From a virus, in IMG/VR virus record IMGVR_UViG_3300042197_004116, positions 1 through 64,000 of that record: a DNA stretch of 64,000 nt; one strand, given 5' to 3'. This document shows positions 45,026 to 54,144 of the stretch, in pieces (positions within the stretch are counted from its first letter, which is position 1; each line of letters begins with the position of its first letter). The position numbers and the translations under genes are program-made. The notes under the pieces are model-generated. The model was not told the origin of the DNA. It was given only the letters and a program-made list of their open reading frames with translations, and did no database searches.

Positions 45026-46368
45026 CGTTTGATTTTAAAAATTTATTAGGCTCTAATGAAATAGTCACTGATGTTTCTCTAAATAGAGTGTTTAAGAGAT
45101 TAGGAGCATTACAGTCCAGGTTAAATTCTATTTCTCAAGCCTCTTTTGGTGATTTATCTTCATTAGATACTGTATTATTAAATTCTTTAGGAGCTACCCC
45201 TACTCCAACTCCTACACCTACCCCCACGCCCACGCCCACACCTACAGTTACTGCTACTCCTACAGTAACACCTACAATTGTGCCTGGTGATACACCTACC
45301 CCCACACCCACACCTACAAGATCACCCACCCCTACACCTACAAGGTCTCCTACTCCAACCCCAACACCTACAAGAACAAACACTCCCACACCCACACCTA
45401 CCGCAACACCAGCATTTGAAACCCTTTCAATTAATATTGGCTCAGTAGATGACATGACTCAAGCAGTAAATCTTATAGACAGAGTTAGAGCAGCTACTGG
45501 AAGATCTTCTTTCTCAATACCATTAGATGTTACATTTAATGCTGTTGGGCCAATTATTGGGTATAGAAATCAAGTAAATGTGGGTGGTAGTTTACCCGCT
45601 ATAAGAACAGGTACAGGATGGCCTGCCGGTTCCAAGATAACACTGTACAACCCTCCTTTTGAAGCATCCACTGCAAACCCCTATAATACCATTGGTTTTG
45701 TGACGCCGGTAAAACGTGGAGCAATTGTTGGTTGGGGTCAAGACGGAGCATCAGCTCTATGGTTTTGTGGAACATGCTGGGGTGGCTCTACATGTACAAA
45801 TTGGGCTCAATGGTATTCACCTAACTCTGCAGGAGCTTCAAGAGCTGGAGATGCTATATGGCTAGAAGATAGTAATATTGCTCAATTTAACGTTGATAAC
45901 TATGGTGTAATAGGAGGTGGTGGTGGTAGTTCACCAGACTGTGGTTACGGAGGTCAACCTGGCGGCGGAGGCGGTGATAATACTCGAGGCGGCAATAAAA
46001 CACAACTCTTTTACACCAGTGTAGGAAGAGGTGCTTATGGACCAACTAATGTTTACGGTGTACCATGGGGAGGAACAAAATGCGACGGTGTAGGATGGAT
46101 AACAATGCAAGGCGGTGGATTAACAGGTGGAGCTGGCAAGATCCATCCACCTGCAGGAGTTGGCCAGTGCACTTGCCGTTCTAGCGGCGGTATAGGTAAT
46201 AATGCAGTTGGTAGATCTAACGCAGGTTACGCTATTAAGAAAAACAATACAGCTACTGTAATTAACTGGCCTACTACTAGCGGGAGAGTGGGTCCTGCAG
46301 GCGGTGGCACTGGAAATGGTGATCCCCGTGATGCTGGATACCCTAAAAACGGTATTATTGCACAATAA
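45022..46368 (+). CDS. Adhesin: helical anchor, Pro-Thr stalk and gp38-like Gly-rich domain with Cys/Trp-rich loops
   Basis: PT tract about 45195-45410; [11 protein letters not shown]; [11 protein letters not shown]; [12 protein letters not shown]. Confidence 0.75.
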   Translation: MTFDFKNLLGSNEIVTDVSLNRVFKRLGALQSRLNSISQASFGDLSSLDTVLLNSLGATPTPTPTPTPTPTPTPTVTATPTVTPTIVPGDTPTPTPTPTRSPTPTPTRSPTPTPTPTRTNTPTPTPTATPAFETLSINIGSVDDMTQAVNLIDRVRAATGRSSFSIPLDVTFNAVGPIIGYRNQVNVGGSLPAIRTGTGWPAGSKITLYNPPFEASTANPYNTIGFVTPVKRGAIVGWGQDGASALWFCGTCWGGSTCTNWAQWYSPNSAGASRAGDAIWLEDSNIAQFNVDNYGVIGGGGGSSPDCGYGGQPGGGGGDNTRGGNKTQLFYTSVGRGAYGPTNVYGVPWGGTKCDGVGWITMQGGGLTGGAGKIHPPAGVGQCTCRSSGGIGNNAVGRSNAGYAIKKNNTATVINWPTTSGRVGPAGGGTGNGDPRDAGYPKNGIIAQ

Positions 46369-46395
46369 CCACTATTAATAAATAAATAAATATAT

Positions 46396-47022
46396 ATGGC
46401 TAGTATTTCTGTAGTTAAATTAAAGATTAGAAGAGGTACTAATTCTGAGAGACTTCAAATTGTTTTAGACAATGGAGAATTAGGCTATACAACAGATTTT
46501 AATAGTAAAAGAGTGTTTATTGGTGATGGCGTAACCTATGGTGGTATACCTGTCGGTTCTAAGTTTTTTGTAGCAGATATATCAAGTTATTTTAATTATA
46601 GCAAATCTCAGGTCGGAGATATAATATATGACCCTGTAACTTCTGTTTTATATTCAGTTTCTAGTATAGACACATCAACACCTGAACCTTACCCTTTTGA
46701 ATTTGCTCAGATAGCAAGAGTAACTAAGGTCGATAATTCAACAGTACAGTTTAACGGTGCAGGGCAATTACAGGTAATTAACAATAGCATAGGCGCTTCT
46801 AAAATTGCTTCATCTAGCTTCAATCAATCTATTTCAGGTGGCAATGGCCAGTCGATTGGTGTAAACTATGATAATAATAAAATTACTATTTCTGCTGGCA
46901 AACTTACTGTAAATGAAGCTTCGTTAAATCTTTCTCTCTTAGACGGCAGTACACTACCCTCAGTACTTCCTGGTACCCCAGGTAAATTATATAATGCAGG
47001 AGGTTTTGTTAAGGTAACTTAA
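46396..47022 (+). CDS. Tail-fibre subunit with an Mtd-N/hyaluronidase-N-type domain
   Basis: KIRRGT...GELGYTTD...RVFIGDG. Confidence 0.75.
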   Translation: MASISVVKLKIRRGTNSERLQIVLDNGELGYTTDFNSKRVFIGDGVTYGGIPVGSKFFVADISSYFNYSKSQVGDIIYDPVTSVLYSVSSIDTSTPEPYPFEFAQIARVTKVDNSTVQFNGAGQLQVINNSIGASKIASSSFNQSISGGNGQSIGVNYDNNKITISAGKLTVNEASLNLSLLDGSTLPSVLPGTPGKLYNAGGFVKVT

Positions 47023-47024
47023 TT

Positions 47025-48767
47025 ATGGCACTAGAAATTACATCTGATTCAGTAGTTAAAATTTTAGTTCGAAGAGGACTAGAGGCTGAGAGAAAGAATG
47101 TTTTGTTATCTGAAGGTGAGTTAGGGTATTCTATTGATACAAGTAGGTTGTTTATTGGAGATGGATTTACAACAGGCGGTAATCCAATAGGAATTAAAAA
47201 TTTTGGCATAGTTGCTAATAAAAATGATGTTGCTCCTATAATGCTTCCTGGTGATTTAGTAAAAGAAAATAATATTTTATATTTCTTAAGGCCTGATAGT
47301 ATTTTCGAACCAACTGCTCCTGAACTTTTTTTTGATCCTATTAGTATTATACCGACCCTGGAGTTTTTACCTTCTAATAATTCTTTAAGATTTAGCCTTT
47401 CAGGGCTTGGAGATGGTTTTGTTCTGCCTTATTCAACTGACCCCAGCACTTACATTAATAGAACAATTCAAAGAGAATATGGTAAGATTAATTTTGATGC
47501 AAGATACATCTCTTTATGTGCAGCTAATAACAGCTGGTACTTAGGAAATATTTTTAACAAACAAGTTAAAAACAATTTAGATGCAACTCTTAACGTAGAT
47601 ACCAATATTTTTATTAATGAAATTAATTCTTCTCCTTATCAAATTCAAATTTATGCCAAGGATCCCTCTGGAACAGCCAATTCATTAATTGAAGCAGTCA
47701 GCGGAAGTATGATTATAAGAGGTAAAACCGGTGTAGGGTTATCACAGAATTTACCATCTTCAACAATTTCACAAATTTCAATAGCAAACAACGGAGGTAT
47801 TACTCTAGCTTCAAATAGAACAGGACAAGGCTATGGTTCTCCAGGTAATCTTGTTAATGGTGTGACGAGATTTCTTTCCTCTGTATATATGGATCAAGAT
47901 TTGTGGGTAGCAGGAACACTTTCTGCTGCAACATTAGTAGCTATTAATACAACCTCTACAACTACTTCTGCCTTGAGTGTATTTACATTTGATTCAATTA
48001 CTGATACCGCTTATATAGGTAATGGTAACCCTCTTAACTCTCAAAATATTTTAAGAGTAACAGGTGATTCAGGACCAGGTTTAAGAGATTACTTAATAGT
48101 AAAAGATGATTCAAAGGGCCTTGGAGGGTGTAATGTTCTTATTAACCAAGGAGGTAATCAAAACGGCAATTATACACTAAGCCTTTCAGGAAGCTTGGGT
48201 GTTACTTCTACTGGAGCTGATGGAGCTGCATCTGATAGAGTTGATATTAGTACAGGTACACTAAAAACTAATGTTACTACTGGTAATCATTCTTACAGTA
48301 CTTTAACTCTCACTGCTCCTACCATGACTCAGACTAATGCTACTTCACTTCAAATTACTACACCTAATTTGCTAGTTCAAGGCGGTGCTTCAAATACAAT
48401 TATAAGATCAAATGCAGGTGGAGTTTCAGATTATGTAGATGTTCAAGGTAATTTGAGAGTTACAAGAGATATTACTGCTTACTACACATCAGATTTAAGA
48501 TTCAAAGAAAATACTGAAACTATTTTAAATCCTCTTGATAAAATCTCTATTCTTAATGGTGTTCACTTTGACTGGAAAAAGATATCAGGTAAGGAAGGAT
48601 CGAGCTATGGAATAATTGCACAAGATGTTGAAAAAATATTACCTGAAGCAGTTATAACTAGAGATGATGGCTACAAAGCTGTAAATTACAATATGTTAAT
48701 ACCTCTTTTAATAGAAAGTATTAAAGAATTAAAAACTCAAGTAGAAACACTTAAAAAACAAATATAA
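47025..48767 (+). CDS. Tail fibre with an Mtd-N-type domain and a C-terminal peptidase S74 intramolecular chaperone
   Basis: VRRG...GELGYSIDTSRLFIGDG; SDLRFKEN...LNGVHFDW...GIIAQDVE...VNYNMLIPLLIESIKEL. Confidence 0.9.
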   Translation: MALEITSDSVVKILVRRGLEAERKNVLLSEGELGYSIDTSRLFIGDGFTTGGNPIGIKNFGIVANKNDVAPIMLPGDLVKENNILYFLRPDSIFEPTAPELFFDPISIIPTLEFLPSNNSLRFSLSGLGDGFVLPYSTDPSTYINRTIQREYGKINFDARYISLCAANNSWYLGNIFNKQVKNNLDATLNVDTNIFINEINSSPYQIQIYAKDPSGTANSLIEAVSGSMIIRGKTGVGLSQNLPSSTISQISIANNGGITLASNRTGQGYGSPGNLVNGVTRFLSSVYMDQDLWVAGTLSAATLVAINTTSTTTSALSVFTFDSITDTAYIGNGNPLNSQNILRVTGDSGPGLRDYLIVKDDSKGLGGCNVLINQGGNQNGNYTLSLSGSLGVTSTGADGAASDRVDISTGTLKTNVTTGNHSYSTLTLTAPTMTQTNATSLQITTPNLLVQGGASNTIIRSNAGGVSDYVDVQGNLRVTRDITAYYTSDLRFKENTETILNPLDKISILNGVHFDWKKISGKEGSSYGIIAQDVEKILPEAVITRDDGYKAVNYNMLIPLLIESIKELKTQVETLKKQI

Positions 48768-48776
48768 ATACATTAT

Positions 48777-49346
48777 ATGGCAAGATTACCTAGTTCAGGA
48801 TCATTAAGTGTTTCACAAATAAACACTCTTAAAGCTTTAGGTACTGTGCAAACATCTCTTGATGATAGGGAAGCACAATATATGGGTGATTCTGGCCGAA
48901 CAGGAAATGCTAATGTCAACACATCGCAAGTATGTATGCCTAATGAAATCGTCAATGAAACAACCGGTGCATTAGCTAAAAATACGCTTGGCTGGACTTA
49001 TACAGGCCCTTCTGTTGCATGGAGACCAGTAAGAGTTAGTGAATTTTATCATGCTTATAACAGTTTACCTTCTCAGACAGTAACAAAACTTACAGCTTTT
49101 GTAAGTGCAACACAAGGTCAGATAAGAGTAGATTGCTCTGGAAGTGATGCAGGTGGTCCTTACTATATATACTACAGTGCTACAGGCATTCCAGGAGCAT
49201 GGTATACTGCTTCAGACATAGGCGGTGGCGTTTGGAGATATACCTTTACAGTCAATTCTGCAAACAATCCTCATGTATTCAGGGTAAGAGATTCTGAAAA
49301 TTGCGGTTCAAGCTTAGAAATCTCACAGTCCGTTAATTACCCTTAA
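48777..49346 (+). CDS. Small fibre-tip/associated protein
   Basis: TATAAATA-N6-ATG; MARLPSSGSLSVSQIN is typical of ORFs following S74 fibres. Confidence 0.6.
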   Translation: MARLPSSGSLSVSQINTLKALGTVQTSLDDREAQYMGDSGRTGNANVNTSQVCMPNEIVNETTGALAKNTLGWTYTGPSVAWRPVRVSEFYHAYNSLPSQTVTKLTAFVSATQGQIRVDCSGSDAGGPYYIYYSATGIPGAWYTASDIGGGVWRYTFTVNSANNPHVFRVRDSENCGSSLEISQSVNYP

Positions 49347-49382
49347 CTGGAAATTTAGGTTTCAAATAATAAATTATATTTA

Positions 49383-50702
49383 ATGATTGGTATTAAGAAA
49401 ACCGATAAAGAAATACAAGAATCTATTTTAGATAGAGCTATAGTATACTTAAAATACAGAGAAACTGATAGTTTTCTTTACTGTTCATTCTTTACTAGAA
49501 ACTTAGAAGTAATTAAGAAAGTATTTCCTGACCTTAATATATCATTTTCACAATATAAAAACGACAAAATAGATGCTGTTGATTTGAGAACTGGAGATCT
49601 AAGAACTTTAGAGACCAAAGAACTCTCTTTTGGTTATTTTCCAGAATTTCCTTTTGAACTATCCCCTGTATTTCTTTTCAATCCAAAATATACTGATAAA
49701 TTGTCTGCAAAAGATGTTATGTCTTTTCAAAAAAATACTATTACTCAATTAAAGAAATATAAAAATATAGCTTTAAAAATTAAAGATAGTAAAGAAAGAG
49801 AAGATTTAAATAAAATTATCTCACCTAAAGCATCTTTTCTTAAAACCATCTTACCAGGTTGTAGACTACTTGATGTAGCTCCATTAGATGCTTTTAAACA
49901 AGATAAAGTTTTAGTAAAGAAAGCATTTAAAAAATACCATGATGAACTTTTAAAGCATTATGATTATGTTATAGATGAAATTAATGCAGAAAAAAATGTC
50001 CTGTACAAAAAAATTAAAAGAGGGTGTAAATTTAGTAAAGATTCTCTTAATGAGGTGTTAGAGTTAGAGAAAAAAATTAATAAGGAGCGTATAAGCAGTG
50101 GTAAGTTAAAATTTACCTGTATATACGAAATGCTTAGTTACTGGCCTGAATCCTTAATTCCTGCTCCAGACTATATTATTACTGACCCTAGTGAAGAATG
50201 TAAAAAAATAATTGCTACAGTAAAATTAAGTGTACCTAGAGATGTATTAGTAGACTACTATAAAAATTTATGCACTGTCATTAGTGATTGGAGTACATAT
50301 GCTTTTACTTCTGAAAATAACCCGGAAGTATTTAAAAAAATTGTTGGTATAAAAGAAGAGGATGAATTCATACACTTTATAAGCATACCTACTTATAATA
50401 TATTACCTACAAGCTGTGATTTAAAGATTTTTCCAGGTAAGACTATTAAAACAAACGCTAATTTCATTCACTGCTATACATTTAAAAAAGACGAAGAGAA
50501 GGGCGATTATTATCTATTTTCTGATAATAATACTTCTATGACTAACCCAGATGCTATTAGATTAAAGAAAATAGATGATACCCATATTGAACTTATATTC
50601 AATCTTGATAATCAAGATACATTTAAAAGTAAGGGAACTAAACTTGAACCAATTACTAATACGCTTGAAATTTTAGATAATTTTATAAAAATAGCTGATT
50701 AA
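49383..50702 (+). CDS. Hypothetical protein (possible fibre-assembly or accessory factor)
   Basis: 439-aa intact ORF directly after the fibre genes; no diagnostic motif. Confidence 0.5.
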   Translation: MIGIKKTDKEIQESILDRAIVYLKYRETDSFLYCSFFTRNLEVIKKVFPDLNISFSQYKNDKIDAVDLRTGDLRTLETKELSFGYFPEFPFELSPVFLFNPKYTDKLSAKDVMSFQKNTITQLKKYKNIALKIKDSKEREDLNKIISPKASFLKTILPGCRLLDVAPLDAFKQDKVLVKKAFKKYHDELLKHYDYVIDEINAEKNVLYKKIKRGCKFSKDSLNEVLELEKKINKERISSGKLKFTCIYEMLSYWPESLIPAPDYIITDPSEECKKIIATVKLSVPRDVLVDYYKNLCTVISDWSTYAFTSENNPEVFKKIVGIKEEDEFIHFISIPTYNILPTSCDLKIFPGKTIKTNANFIHCYTFKKDEEKGDYYLFSDNNTSMTNPDAIRLKKIDDTHIELIFNLDNQDTFKSKGTKLEPITNTLEILDNFIKIAD

Positions 50703-51639
50703 ATCTTTTAACTATATCAGAAAAATTGTTTTCTTCTTTTCTAGTTTCACAATTTCTAAGAACACCAATAAAATAATCCCTATCTGTATAAATCCTGTAT
50801 AAAGACATTATAAACTCTTCTATATTATTTGCAGGCAGATAATCAAATTCACTCTTTTTATTAAGTATTAAGTTTTTGTCTTCGTTTAAGATTATTGGAA
50901 CACCAGATTTAAATGAAGAGAACAATCTGTTACAATGCTTAAAACCGGCTTGAGGTTGATCATAATTTCTAGAAAAAAAGAAGACATCTTCTTTACCTTG
51001 ATTGTGATTATATTTACTTTCTATGCTAAATTTAGATTCATCTATATGTTTTAAAAAAAGCTTTTTATTAATTATTTTTTTTGCAATATTAAATTTTTCA
51101 TTTGTAGTTGCTTTACAAAAGCTTAATAGCCACGGTGCTATATTTAACTCTAATGCGTTACAAAAAAACCTTCTAGGAGGAAAAACAGGATTACATTTCT
51201 TAAGACTTAAAGGCAAAGGCTCAGGAAAATAATTTATCTTTAAATTATACGTATAAAATCCGCCCAACCATGGAGTTGACTCCATAATTTCACCAGGCAA
51301 AGGCTTCTTTGCAATATCAAAACAAACAGACTTATCTGCAGATAAATACATATCACAATTAAAAATAGGTGGCTTATCACTTAAAATTTGTACTTTTTTA
51401 TAACTACCTAAGAAGTCTATTTTGTGTCTATTGTCAAAATGAAAAATTACTGTATCACTATCCTCTATATTAACAGGGAGTTTGGAAACTAGGCTTATAT
51501 TTTGTATGCCATTATTTTTAAGTATCCAATAAAGGTAAGACGAATGTACATCTTTTCCCTTAAAAGTTGACATGTCGTTATACAAGTCTGGAGAAAGAGC
51601 ATAGTTTTTTAAAGGCTGATTAGTTAAAAAATAAATCAT
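50683..51639 (-). CDS. Putative GT-B-fold glycosyltransferase; start revised to ATG 51639
   Basis: C-terminal FKHCNRLFSSFKSGVPIILNE resembles the GT4-type nucleotide-binding segment; ATGA overlap with the upstream stop. Confidence 0.45.
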   Translation of the reverse strand: MIYFLTNQPLKNYALSPDLYNDMSTFKGKDVHSSYLYWILKNNGIQNISLVSKLPVNIEDSDTVIFHFDNRHKIDFLGSYKKVQILSDKPPIFNCDMYLSADKSVCFDIAKKPLPGEIMESTPWLGGFYTYNLKINYFPEPLPLSLKKCNPVFPPRRFFCNALELNIAPWLLSFCKATTNEKFNIAKKIINKKLFLKHIDESKFSIESKYNHNQGKEDVFFFSRNYDQPQAGFKHCNRLFSSFKSGVPIILNEDKNLILNKKSEFDYLPANNIEEFIMSLYRIYTDRDYFIGVLRNCETRKEENNFSDIVKRFNQLFL

Positions 51640-52451
51640 TTTTGAAGTAAAAATTCTGACCAAACAACAGGAAGCTCAAAATTCTCTTGACCTGAGTGAG
51701 ACTTCCCATAATCAGTCATTATGTTGCTATCCTTATAATAGTTCTCACATCTTTCAAAATCAACATTTTGTCTTATTTTTTTATAGAAATGTTTTCTGTA
51801 ATTTATAAGGTTAGTTTTAGAATAAACTAAATTAAATTTTTTTCTAAATTTATTTTTTAATAGAGCATACGTTATAGGTGCAAAATAAAATAAACTATAC
51901 CACTTTAAATAGTTATCATTAATTTGTTTCTTATATTTTGATTCACAATTTAAATTTAAATCAAGTATGTAACATAAACCTCCAGGTTTTAAGATACGAT
52001 ATATTTCTTTTATTGTTTTTTCTTTATGAATAGAATGAGAAAAAGATTCAATAAAATATATTATATCAAAAAAGTTATTTTTGAAGTTCGTTTTATTGAA
52101 GTTTTGTAGAGTAATTTTTGCTCTATTAGAAACATTATATTTTTTTATATTTTTATCTGCTATATTTTTTTGAACATTGCTTAAAGTTACACCATGTATA
52201 AACAAATCTTTGTTCTTTTTTAGGAAAGCAAGAGATAGACTGAAATCACCACAACCAGCATCTAATATAGTAACAGCATCTTTGACAAAGATCTTTTTAT
52301 ACAGAATATCATCATGCTGTTTTAAAAAAGGTGAAAATCTAAATGACTCTACTCTTCTATAAGTGTCTATCCACGAAGAGGTAGATGTGTTATAATAATC
52401 TCTTATTTTCTCGTAATGTAATTTTTTTTCTTTAATTAATGATGTACCCAT
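51636..52451 (-). CDS. Class I SAM-dependent methyltransferase (sterol/tocopherol-MT-like)
   Basis: ILDAGCG, GVTLSNVQ, FDIIYFIESFSH, EIYRILKPGG. Confidence 0.9.
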   Translation of the reverse strand: MGTSLIKEKKLHYEKIRDYYNTSTSSWIDTYRRVESFRFSPFLKQHDDILYKKIFVKDAVTILDAGCGDFSLSLAFLKKNKDLFIHGVTLSNVQKNIADKNIKKYNVSNRAKITLQNFNKTNFKNNFFDIIYFIESFSHSIHKEKTIKEIYRILKPGGLCYILDLNLNCESKYKKQINDNYLKWYSLFYFAPITYALLKNKFRKKFNLVYSKTNLINYRKHFYKKIRQNVDFERCENYYKDSNIMTDYGKSHSGQENFELPVVWSEFLLQK

Positions 52452-52881
52452 ATCTATTATGAGGAGGTTCAGGTGAATCTTTTTTTACAAAAACAATATG
52501 TACAGGGTCATCATCTGTAATTTCATCTAAAGAGCTGCCTTCGTAAGAATTAAAATTAGAACTATTAATTAAATGAGTTGTTTCTGAATAAACTTTTTTT
52601 ACAATATTAGCCATATAAAACCCGCTTGTACCTGTGGGTGTTAATTCTAACGCTGTTGCACAATTATCAATTATTGAAACCAGGCGATTTTCAACTACAA
52701 ACGCTCTTAATGCTTTTTTTTGCTGCGGGGTAAAATTTAAAACTGTATTAGTGCCTATATATTCTTTTCCGTCATATCTTAAAGATAGCTTATTTCTAAT
52801 AGGCTCGTCATTCAATAAAAAATGTTTATGACTTACATACAAGTCGTTCTTTTCTAGAAAATCATCAGTAAATAAAAGCAT
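52432..52881 (-). CDS. Hypothetical late protein
   Basis: TAAGTA-N5-ATG; first gene of the leftward MT-GT unit. Confidence 0.55.
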   Translation of the reverse strand: MLLFTDDFLEKNDLYVSHKHFLLNDEPIRNKLSLRYDGKEYIGTNTVLNFTPQQKKALRAFVVENRLVSIIDNCATALELTPTGTSGFYMANIVKKVYSETTHLINSSNFNSYEGSSLDEITDDDPVHIVFVKKDSPEPPHNRYGYIIN

Positions 52882-52928
52882 ATATATACTTACATATAGA
52901 TTTTTAAATTCAATTTATTAAATTTTTA

Positions 52929-53612
52929 GTGTCAAGTATTTTAAGTGCTTTTTTAAAATCTGAACCCGATTTAGACTGGTTTATTTTTCAGAGTTGTCTG
53001 CCTTGGATTAGGCTTAATATCAAAATACCATTTGATAAAATGTACGAAGAAGCTAAGGCATTACTTTCTAACTTCATAGAATATCGGGAAACCAATAGTA
53101 AAGGGTGGAAATCAATCTGCATTCACGGTATATCTAGCTCTCATATATACGATTTTACATACTATGATGAGTATAAAGACATAGATCAAAATGCTGTACC
53201 ATATCGATGGACTGAGATTTCTAAAAAATGTCCAGTAACAACTAAGTTTTTAAAAAATAATTTTTTTAACGCCAAGTTTTTTAGAGTTAGATATATGGCA
53301 TTAGAACCAGGCGGGTATATTTTGCCGCATACAGATATGCCTAAGAAAATACTTGCCCCTATAAATATATCACTAAACAATCCAGATAATTGTGTTTTTA
53401 AAATGAAAAATTACGGCATAGTACCTTTTAAGGCAGGCGACGCATTTATACTTGACACTAGTAATGAACATGTAGTTTTTAATGATAGTAATGAAACAAG
53501 AATTCATATGATTGTTCATATTAACTATCCTATTTTAACTAAAATTAATCAAAAAAAATGGGCAAAATTATTATTCAATTCATGGAGAATTACGAATCAG
53601 CATAAAAGCTAA
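52929..53612 (+). CDS. Fe(II)/2OG oxygenase, Asp/Asn beta-hydroxylase family
   Basis: RVRYMALEPGGYILPHTD (HxD), DTSNEHVVFN, TRIHMIV. Confidence 0.88.
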   Translation: MSSILSAFLKSEPDLDWFIFQSCLPWIRLNIKIPFDKMYEEAKALLSNFIEYRETNSKGWKSICIHGISSSHIYDFTYYDEYKDIDQNAVPYRWTEISKKCPVTTKFLKNNFFNAKFFRVRYMALEPGGYILPHTDMPKKILAPINISLNNPDNCVFKMKNYGIVPFKAGDAFILDTSNEHVVFNDSNETRIHMIVHINYPILTKINQKKWAKLLFNSWRITNQHKS

Positions 53613-54144
53613 TACTAAAACTTATTTTATCTTTACTTGAAAAATTATAAACAGAATGCATTTTATTTAGAGGAAAAATTACATAATCACCTTTATTTTT
53701 AATTTCTTTATATTCATTATTTGATTCATAAAGACAGGCTCTATCCAGATCAAACAATAATAAATGAAAAATAACAAAACCATTCTTTTTGTGTAAATGT
53801 CTAGGAAAGTGACAATGCTTGTTGAGTTTACAAAACTGCGCAGAATTTATAGAAATATTTTTATTTTTAATTTCGTTTATAAGTGAAATAGTATTTTTAA
53901 AGTATTTAATTGAGTTATTTTCTACCTCTTTATTTACACCGCAGTAAATAGGCATAGATTTCCATTCTATCTTGCTTGAGCCTTTTGAACTAAAAACTGC
54001 TTCACGGTTTTTATTTTCTACATAAAAATATTTTTCTAACATTTTAAAATTATCTACATCTGTATATTCACTTATAATACTATCAATATTATTTTTAAAT
54101 AAGTTTAAAAATTTAAAATAATTTATCTCATAAAAATTTTTCAT
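53590..54144 (-). CDS. Asp/Asn-hydroxylase-like cupin with an HxH motif
   Basis: WKSMPIY, FPRHLH, IFHLLL, VIFPLNKMHSVYN. Confidence 0.7.
   Translation of the reverse strand: MKNFYEINYFKFLNLFKNNIDSIISEYTDVDNFKMLEKYFYVENKNREAVFSSKGSSKIEWKSMPIYCGVNKEVENNSIKYFKNTISLINEIKNKNISINSAQFCKLNKHCHFPRHLHKKNGFVIFHLLLFDLDRACLYESNNEYKEIKNKGDYVIFPLNKMHSVYNFSSKDKISFSISFYADS

Noticed and set aside
24507-45410. Repetitive C/A-rich DNA as a CRISPR array or non-coding repeat
   Set aside because: The repeats are degenerate at third codon positions and in frame within long ORFs; there is no constant repeat with unique spacers and no cas gene.
24559-45455. Minus-strand Gly-Val or Cys-Arg repeat ORFs (24559, 24654, 36090, 37402, 45135)
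   Set aside because: They are antisense shadows of the Pro-Thr tracts, which lack stop codons on the reverse strand; they have no start signals of their own.
33766-46368. Diversity-generating retroelement acting on adhesins (prompted by the Mtd-N-type domains and variable loops)
   Set aside because: No reverse transcriptase and no near-identical template/variable repeat pair differing at adenines was seen in this window; one elsewhere in the genome cannot be excluded.
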